Below are positions 54,889-64,000 of a DNA stretch of 64,000 bases, piece after piece; the first letter of the stretch is position 1; every line of letters begins with the position of its first letter. This DNA is from Camelus ferus (lineage: Eukaryota), in the NCBI RefSeq assembly GCF_009834535.1, contig NC_045707.1:61568001-61632000 (forward strand), given 5' to 3'. Below the pieces are notes generated by a model. It did no database searches. It had not been told where the DNA came from and saw nothing but the letters and a program-made list of their open reading frames with translations. Position numbers and translations under genes: made by a program.

Positions 54889-55264
54889 TGTCTTAGTCTG
54901 TTTGGGCTGCTATAACAAAAACACCGTAGACTTGATGGCTTATAAATGACAGGAATTTATTTTTCACAGTTCTGGAGACTGGGAAGTCCGAGTTCAAGGT
55001 GCTGGTGGAAGGTGGTGTCTGATGAGAGCCTGCTTCCCAGTTTATAGACAGTCATCTTCTCAGTGTCCTCACATGGCCACATGGCCACATGGTGAAGGGA
55101 GATCTCTGGGGTCTGTTTTACAAGGACACTAATCCCATTCATGAGGGCTTCATCCTTATGATCTAATCACCTCCCAAAGCCCCCCACCTCTAAATACCAT
55201 TACACTGGGGGGTGAAGTTTCAACATGTGAATTTTGCTGGGACACAGGTATTCAGCCAATAATA
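54889..55264 (-). mobile_element. MaLR solo LTR (MLT1A-type)
   Basis: tgtcttagtctgtttgggctgctataacaaaa...cacagttctggagactgggaagtcc...ctaatcccattcatgagggc...gggacacaggtattcag. Flanks GAGAG/GAGAA. Confidence 0.92.
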
Positions 55265-57089
55265 GAGAATGAGAACATGACCGAAATGTCTTTGTTTATT
55301 TTTTATAATCCCAAATAGAACCTCACATAGCACTTTGCTCATGCTGGGTCCAATCATTATTGGCTAATGAATGTTGGATGGTATACAGGTTGGGAATATT
55401 TTAAGCACCGAATTAACAACTTTGAAGGAATTTAATTACTATAACATTTCAGTTTTATTAATGATATCACCTCCCTTCTTCTGCATGTTTTCATAAATCT
55501 GCCTGAATATTGCTACTTAATTGCCAGTGCCTTCCCCCACCAACACTTTAAGTCAAAAATCTACCATGGGTAGAGGAATAAGGCTATTTTTTCTTAGTAA
55601 GAAAATTTGGAGGTAAATGTATTTCCCAGTTAGAAGCAGCATTCATGACATCAGGGGGTTGCAATTCACATTCAAGTCCATGTGAATGACACTCTCTAGA
55701 ATTGGGCAGTGGCCAACCCGCGTGAGTGCATGTGGCAGCTCTAGATCGTAAAACTTGCCAGAACCATAAATTTTACCAAGGTGTTTAGAGTAATCACATT
55801 CTTTCTTTATGTCCCTGGAGGAGAAGAGGCAATACGTCTTCTATTGAGTAGGAATCAGGACACCTTAACTTCAGGTTGTTAAAACTTTGCAGAACTTTAT
55901 TCTGTAAAAGACCCTGATGCTGCATAAAGTGAAATTTTCATTTAAAAGATATCAGTGTGCTCCATTCAATAGACTATTTTTATGTCTTTGAACTCTTTGC
56001 TTTTGGGCTGCTACTTGAAGTAGTACTTGAAAGTAGCTTCCCACGTGGCTTTGGGTAAAATTAGCTTCTACTTGAGTAAATATCATTTACATTTTTAAAG
56101 TGTTTGTAGGATAGAGCCACAGATGTTTACAAAATATTTAAGATTTAATACTTTGGTTTAATTCTGAAAATACAAAGTTCTACATAATATTTATTACTGT
56201 TGCCATCAGGCATTTTTTTTTTGAAAGCAAAAGCAATCCTGAGTTTATGCTTTAAGATATCTAGTGTTGATCAATCTCTGAAACATGAGATTGAACTTAT
56301 GGATGTGCCTACAGCCTTCAATGATATGCACTCTTTAATACCCAAATATGTAGATCTGCCACCTCCTACAACAGCAGTGAATAAACAGCAGTGAAACTTA
56401 CTCTGTTTTAGTTTATTTTTATTTTTATCGTAGCTCCTGCTTAAGAATATGCACCAAACACATATTCTCTTAAAGTTGTTTTTGTCTCATTTGCTTTTCA
56501 TGGGAGATGCAAAATTTTCGAATCGGCAATACACTTGAAGATTATGTTATGTGTTTTAAAACTGTTTCTTGTCCTTATTATTACCTACTCTACATATCAC
56601 TTGTGGAGCTATGATAATATATTTAACTGAGATACTAAATGCATGTGTTTCTTCTAGATCTCAATGAAGCCTTGAGTATGTTTATCTTATGGTCTAGTAA
56701 ATGAAGATCTGAATGTGGAAGAGATCAATGTGCACTTGACAGCATTGTTGTCAGAAATGCATGCTGTTTCTGAACAGATCACCTTCATCTTTTTACAGAC
56801 TGGATCCTGTTTTGGAAGGCAGTTGTAATTCTGGATTTATTAATAGAAAGGGCACATTCAGGTGCCAAGGTATAACAGGGAGAGGGTCTGAGGTGTAATT
56901 ACATAACTGCTAAACTTGTGTTCAAACCCTGGCCTTGGAACTTAGTTGGATCCCTGGCTGTGTGATTTTGGGCAAGGTATTGAATTCTTTGGCTTGTGTT
57001 GAAATGATTCATGTAGTTAATAAATGTAAAATATTTTGTCAATGTCTAGCTAGCAAATCCTAATACTGTTTGGATTTTGGGGGGTAATT

Positions 57090-57485
57090 GGTATTAGTTT
57101 CCTAGGGTTACCGGGACAAATACGTAGACTGGGGGAATTTATTTTTTCACCATTTGGCAGCCGGAAGTCCAAGCTCACCATGTCAGCAGGTCTCATTTCT
57201 TCTGAGGCCTTTCTTCCTGGCTTGCAAACAGCCACCTTCGTGCTGTGCCCTCACATATCTTTCCTGTGGGCAGGCACATCTGTGGTATATCTTTGTGTGT
57301 CCAAATTTCCTCTTCTTATCAGTAAGGACACTGGCCATATGGGACTAGAGCCCGTTCTAGTGATTCCATTTTAACGTAACTACCTCTTTAAAGCCCCTAT
57401 CTCTAAATACAGCCACACTCTGAAGTCCTGGGGGTGAGGAATTCTACATATAAATTTGGAGGGGGACACAATTCAGCCCATAGTA
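57090..57485 (-). mobile_element. MaLR solo LTR (MLT1B/C-type)
   Basis: gtattagtttcctagggtt...ggaagtccaag...gtgtccaaatttcctcttcttat...ggggacacaattcagcccata. Confidence 0.9.
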
Positions 57486-59684
57486 ATAACAAAGAGTGTT
57501 TTCATGATCTGTCCATCCATTTGTGTGTTTTCAGTTAGCACTCACTTATAAAGTACGTACTCTAGGGCAGATGCCCGTGCTAGGTGCAGGGCATTCAAAG
57601 ATTGTCAGACACTGTCCCTGCCCTCCATTAACTCACAGTGTAGTTACAGTGAGTTACAAACTTGGTTGTATAACAGAATGACCTGAAGGACTTCAAAATA
57701 TACAGACTCCTGAGTATGGCAGGGTCTCCCAGAGTGGGCTTTGAATATGTAGTTATTAAAAAACTCTCTGGGAGATATGGGGGTTTGGCTGCCACTGATC
57801 AAATGGAAATAGTAACCATGTATATAAGCTGATTTGTAGATGGTTGAGCCCTTTTGTGATCATTATGCCGTCTAGTCCTAATAACAGTCCAGGGAGGTTA
57901 GAAGTTAAGCTTAAGAGAATCCCAAGTGCTTTGCCCAAAATTTCACATCAGGTTTGAGTAGGTGGTTGGGCTGAGTCTTATGGTGTTTCCCTAACATGAA
58001 TAAATATTTAATTTTTTCGTGAGATAATCTTAAACTCTTGACTTGGGTCCATTCGAGTTCTGTATGTAGCTGCCAATCAAACTAGTGTTCCCAAAGCCAT
58101 CAGTGGAATATTTCTTAAATTCTACTGGAACTTAATGAAGTGTTATTGGTAGAAAAAACCAAAACCTACTTTTTTTTTTCTTGCAATTTTTAGTTCAGGT
58201 ATATCTTGTGGGTGTTACACTCATCTTTAGCTGCTCGCTGTGCCCCTACCAAGGTCACATTTTCACCCCATATCTCTGAGCCTATTAAGTAGGAATTTTT
58301 GACATTCCTGTCTCATTTCTTGGGTCTGATTAGGACAAGGCCAAATTAAATTTTGCCCTGTATTAACTCTATGACTTGATTATATTCAAAGTCTCAGGAA
58401 ACGAAAATTAAACCTGTAGAAAAAGATAACCCTGCTGCTAATAAAAAGCCTCTTAGATGGCCTTTGCCTTTGAAGTGTTACTAGATCCATTTTCAGATAA
58501 AGCTTCTCAGAAGGTTTTTGGGCAAAAAAAAAAAAAAAGAAAAATCAAAGTAACTTTGTTGGCTGAAGCCTTGTTATGGTTTCCTCATTTCACAAAACCC
58601 TGTTTCTAGTACTTGAAAAGCCAGATTGATTTTTTTTAAGTAAATGTCATGGGAAATGTCATAACCATGAAAAAACCTTATTTTTGTGTTCAAAGCACCA
58701 GGCCCTTTCGGTAGGGAAAACCAAGGTTACACCCAGTGTACAGATAAGAGGATCCAGGCTGTTACTTTGTTTTTGCTCTTAACTGAAAATGTGTGGCTGC
58801 TTCCTTTCTTCTTCTCCTTGAAGCATGTCTAAAAATACCATCTTCAGCGATTTGGTGAATGATTTCCAAATATACGTATGGTTTCATTCTTACTAAAGAT
58901 GGGTATCAAGGCTGTGCAGGTAACTTTTTTCCCACTTTCAGTTAAGGTTAAAAGTTAGATTCTAGTCAGAAAATTAGAACTGTATTTTTTGATTTGCAAA
59001 GCAACACTTTATTTTGTTAACTGTTCCGTTTCACAGCTCAAGTTTTGGTGGATGACAGGCATGTTCAGAAAATAATTAATGAGCTAAACGTATCCGTTAC
59101 TGAACCCTGTGAAAAAATATCTCTTACTAACTTTCGTTGACTTCAAATGTAAATTGTATCTGTAAGGTCCATAGGATTAGATTAATGCCAAAGATTGGCC
59201 AAATACAAATGTAACTTGAATCAGTGACCTACTTGAGTAAGTTATGATTTAAGTGACTTGACGTCAATAAAGTCCCCCTGCCGTTAAATCTAATCTTTGC
59301 AAGAGAAAAAGTTTCCAGAGGAGTGGGTGAACTAAACGTTTTTTTTTAAGTCTGAAGTTTCCACTGAAAATCTTGAAGTGATAATGTAATTGTATTGCTG
59401 ATTTGCAGTACAGAGTTCAAGCTCCCAAGTCAGAGATGTTGCCGGTTAAGATTGCCACTGTCAGTAGTCAGCTGGTAGGAAGTCTTATTCAAAATTCAGC
59501 ATTTCAGATTTATTTTCTCTACTTCTTTATCTTTTCCCCTCACTTTAATGATTGATGCTAGTGGATTATATAATGTTACTCAGACACAAATGACAAGAAG
59601 CTGATTAAAATGTAGACTATGGTCTTGTTATTTGGGTGCCTGGACACAAAGAAGTATGTGGATCAAAGAACTCCTTGAGGGTGG

Positions 59685-60095
59685 ATATATTAGTTAAAAT
59701 TGGATTTGGCTATAAGAAATAGAGAAGCCAAAAGACAAATTGAAGGCTTTATTTTTCCAACTTGCCAAGAAATCTTGAGGTAGATAGTTGCTGGTTCAGT
59801 AGCTCAAGGATATCAAAGCCTAGGTTTCTGCAATTTTTTAAACCTTTCCCTCATAACCACAAAATGATGGCTAGAGCTCCAGCCACGATGCCCACAGTTC
59901 AGGGAGGAAGGGTGAGGACTAAGGACAAAAAGCATAAGGGGTAATCTAGCCCAAAATGAACCCACCCAGTGGTTCCCACTTACTTCTTATTACCACAGTC
60001 ATTGCTACCTTCAGGGTAAGTAGGAAAGTGTAGTGCTTTGTTTTAGCTAGGCACATTGCTACCGCTCCAAACTGAAATTCTGTCAGTGAGGAAGA
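59685..60095 (-). mobile_element. Old MaLR LTR (MLT1J-like)
   Basis: tattagttaaaattggatttggctataag...aaaatgatggctagagctccagcc...gctaggcacattgct...ttctgtcagtgaggaagaagggaga. Confidence 0.6.
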
Positions 60096-60610
60096 AGGGA
60101 GAATGCAACCATCAGGCTTTGCACAGGGAGGAACCAGGGTGGCACCTAGGACTGTCCCTAGACCTTGGTGGGCTTTCAATAGATGTTTCTGGAATTGAGA
60201 TGATTTATATGGCATAACTGATACCTTACAGAGCTTTAGTTTTAGCTAAGCCATTCTCTGGCTCATTAACACACTGGCCACTTTACTGGAAAAAGACCAC
60301 ATGATGGATTTATTTGAGTATAATAATGATATTGAAAAATTCTAAATGGGCTTATGGAACCTATGACATATTATACAGATGGCAGGCTGTAAAGTTACAT
60401 GGGGAGTTAGCATTATCTGAGCAGAGTATCTCTAATTTTTTTGGCTTTTATTATGTACAAGATACTAGATTAAGTGCTTTAGGTAGATTATCATTATGTC
60501 TCATAATAAACCTTCAAGGTAAGTATCATTTAAAGAAAGAAATTGAGTTTCTCAAGATCACATAGCTACAGAAAAATTAGAATTTGAATTTAAGACCCAA
60601 TGACTGAGAG

Positions 60611-60821
60611 CAGGGTCAGAAAACTTTCTCTGTAAAGGGCCAGATGATAAATATTTCAGTCTGTGAGAGTTGTAACTCTCACATGTGACGGAATATTGTT
60701 TTTTGTTTTCATGTTTTTTCAACCATTTAAAAATATATGAGCCATTCTTGGCTTGTGGATGATACAGATAGTGGGCAGGGAGTCAGGTTTGGTCCATGCA
60801 CCATAGTTTGTTACGCTCCGT
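60611..60821 (+). mobile_element. MER58-like hAT-Charlie MITE
   Basis: cagggtcagaaaactttctctgtaaagggccagatgataaatattt...catagtttgtt. Confidence 0.75.
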
Positions 60822-61103
60822 GATGACAACGTTTTCTCCTTTTTCAATTACAAGTGGTCCCACTTCTTTGGGATTTTGCATTGTTCTCTTCTGCAGATGT
60901 TACCTACCTTGCAGCCTTATTGTGAGAGGAAGTGATAAACTATATCTAAAGCACTTAGCTCAGTGACTCGAGCCATCCTAGCCTTGTCGTGGTGGAACAG
61001 TACTCTGCTTCTCTTCAACTGCTGGCAATGTCCATCTCATTAATTCTTCACCCGTCCTCTCTCTTGCTAAGCATCCTCTCAAGTTAGGGTCACCTGTAGT
61101 CTT

Positions 61104-62435
61104 TTAAAAATTAAAAAAAAATTGATATACAGTTGATTTACAATGTTGTGTTAATTTCAGGTGTACAGCAATGTGGTTCAATTATATATATATTTATTTA
61201 TATATTTTCTTTTTCAGATTCTTTTCCATTATAGGTTATTACAAGATATTGACTATAGTTTCTTGTGCTATACAGTAGGTCTTTGTTGTTTATCTATTTT
61301 ATATATAGTAGTGTGTGTATATAGTAGTGTTAATTGCAATACTCCTAATTTATCCCTCCCATCCCTTTTCCCTTTTCCTAATCATAGTTTGTTTTCTATG
61401 TCTGTGATTCTATTTCTGGTTTGTAAATAAGTTCATTTGTATCATTTAAAAAATATTTCACATATAAGTGATATCATATGATATTTGTCTTTCTCTATCT
61501 GACTTACTTAACTTAGTATGATAATCTCTAGGTCTATCCATGTTGCTGCCGATGGCATTATTTCATTCTTTTTTTTTTTTTTTTTTTTTTTGGCTGAGTA
61601 TTATTTCATTGTATACGTATATACCACATCTTCTTTATCCATTCATCTGTAGATGGATGTTTAGGTTGCTTCCATGTCTTGCCTATTGTAAATAGTGCGG
61701 CTGTGAGCATTGAGGTGCATGTATCTTTTCAAGCTAGAGGTTTCTCCAGGTATATTCCCAGAAGTGGGATTGCTGGATCATATTTTAACTCTATTTTTAG
61801 TTTTCTAAGGAACCTCCATACTGTTCTTCATGGTGGCAGCACCAATTTAGTGTAGGAGGGTTCCCTTTTCTCCACACCCTCTCCAGCATTTATTATTTGT
61901 AGACTTTTAATGATGGGCATTCTGACTGGTGTGAGGTGATACTTCACTGTAGTTTTGATTTACGTTTCTCTAGTGATTAGTAATAAGGAGCATCTTTTCG
62001 TGTGCCTTTTGGCAATCTGGATGTCTCCTTTGGAGAAGTATGTATTTAGGTCTTCTGCCCATTTTTTTGATTGGGTTTTTTTTTTATATTAAGCTGTATG
62101 TGTTTATATATTTTGGAAATTAGTCCCTTGTTGGTTGCATCGCTTGCAAATATTTTCTCCTATCCTGTAGGCTGTCTTTTCGTTTTGTTTATGGTTTCCT
62201 TTGCTGCGCAAAAGCTTATAAGCTTAATTAGGTCCCATTTGTTTATTTTTACTTTTATCTCCATTACTCTAGGAGATAAATAAAAAAAATATTGCTGCAA
62301 TTTATGTCAAAGAGTGTTCTGTGTATGTTTTCCTCTAGGAGTTTTAGAATATTCAGTTTTACATTTAGATCTTTAATTCATTTTGAATTTATTTTTGTAT
62401 ATAGTGTTAAGAAATGTTCTAATGGTATTTTATGC
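61104..62435 (-). mobile_element. 5'-truncated L1 (~1.3 kb; 3' UTR plus end of ORF2) with a perfect 18-bp TSD
   Basis: AGGGTCACCTGTAGTCTT at 61086-61103 and 62436-62453, followed by AA (TCTT/AA endonuclease-type site). Typical L1 motifs gggattgctggatcata, tctgactggtgtgaggtgata, taattaggtcccatttgtttatt. Confidence 0.95.
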
Positions 62436-64000
62436 AGGGTCACCTGTAGTCTTAACAAGCCCTCTCATTTTCTATCATCAGTGGGTAAATACAACATAAG
62501 ATGAACTCACATAAAGCCTTGCCAACATAAAGACAAATTATCTTCATTTAGTTATAATTTTGCAGACATGAACTCTGACTTTGAAGGAGATCTGCTTTCA
62601 TTGGTTGGGACTCCATCTGAGTGCCGTCATGTTGGTATTGACTTCGTTCTTTTGAATGATTGAGTTTTCTTTGTCTTACTTGTCCCTTACATTTGTTTAA
62701 AACAGAATCTGAGACCAACTTTTGGGGGACAAAATAAATTATTGCTATTTGTAGTTTTCTTTGTTTCTATTTTGTTCTCCTGCCTCCAAATCAGCTGTTA
62801 AATAGTAGAGTGCGTGAGAGAACATGGCTTCATGACAGGCACCATAGAATACAATTTCCTCAATTTATATAATCAGTCCTAATCCAATTTGTGCATTGAT
62901 AGTTGTTCCTGCAATACTTGAGCCAAAGGCTTATGCAGATGAAAAGGGGAAATTTTATTGGAAGAGGGAGTTGGGAGACAGGATGGAATCCAGCTTCTTT
63001 AATTTCCCTGAATTTGTGTGAGTGCCACACTGTTTGGTGACAGTCATGAAACTCTATACGTAGGACACAGCACAGTGTATCAGTGAAAACGTGTGTTGGA
63101 ACTTGAAATGCGCTTCTTGACAGAGACAGTAAAGACAGAAAAATTGACTGAAGCAAAGTTTAATTTTTCAAAATGCTTAAAATGTGAAAGAAATCTCACA
63201 TAGCAGTTGCTGTGTTGTAACTACTGTAGCGAACCACAGACTTTTCTGTTATCTATTTATGTGCTGTGTATTTAGTTTTGTAGCAGCAGTACCATATGAT
63301 TTATGAAATGACATCAAATGAAAATAGCTCTGAATTCTGAAAGCTTAAAGTGAGTTTTCCTCTCCTACTTATTTGGGTGACCAGCTCACACATTTCATGA
63401 CTCAAGACACACCATTGCCAGTCAGATTTCTTTTTTAAAACATGATCGCATCTATCTAAGCAGCAGCAGCACCAGATGGGACTGGGAAATTCAGTCAATC
63501 TGATTTATTGTAGCTTATCTTCCACACGCCACAAATGCCACACAGGTGAAGAGTCCTACGTGCCTGACACTTGCCAAGGTGTAAAAGCTGCACAGAACGA
63601 GAGCCCCTGAACCTCCATGAGAGCATCAGGATGGGAGCCTGGAAACAGACAGCTATGGGGACAGGTGTGATGATCCTTGGAGAGAAGACCTCAACTCAGG
63701 CTTCCCAGATCTCAGCTGCTCGGTCTGTAACAGCCAGTTTTGTCTAAAGAATGTGGCTTGTTTGGGATGCCAGTCTTTCGGATGCTACCATCTAAATCTT
63801 CCACAGTTATTTCTCTTGATACCACACATGCAGTAGTTGTATGTTTTGCTAAATAATTAAATATCAGGACAGACCCGCAAGGAATCGTCTACTTCAATGT
63901 GCCCTATACAGTCAGTTCTCTCATGAAACTACTCAATGGAATGAGAGAAAGTTTCCTTTATGAAGAGTTCTGATAGTAAAGTGTGTTAATTGTGATATAT

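Noticed and set aside
61161..62504. Hydrophobic ORFs here and at 7887-8117, 32891-33118 and 50904-51200
   Set aside because: These are translations of L1 remnants (mostly the antisense strand), not membrane-protein exons.

Overview
This is AT-rich mammalian genomic DNA, most likely camelid, judging from a Vic-1-type tRNA-derived SINE at 42453-42602. It holds the 5' end of KCNC2 (Kv3.2 voltage-gated K+ channel) on the + strand: about 10 kb of upstream sequence, a CpG-island promoter, a probable non-coding exon 1 ending at 10793, and the first coding exon 11930-12635 (ATG 11949, 229 codons, T1 domain). The remaining ~51 kb is one very long intron that runs past the window end. That intron and the upstream region are filled with L1, L2, MIR, MaLR/MLT1 LTRs, hAT MITEs (MER53, MER58, MER5) and microsatellites. 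Apart from the uORF-containing ORFs in the probable 5' leader, the other tracked ORFs are best explained as GC shadows, repeat remnants or chance. I found no convincing new biological system. The best leads are regulatory: an uORF-dense 5' leader with an out-of-frame uORF overlapping the Kv3.2 start, a TGCATG/hairpin cluster 1 kb into the intron, a bZIP/ETS motif cluster at ~18.1 kb, a sense LTR just upstream of the promoter, and palindromic MER53 copies. Repeat family names come from recognition by eye, and boundaries of old repeats are approximate.
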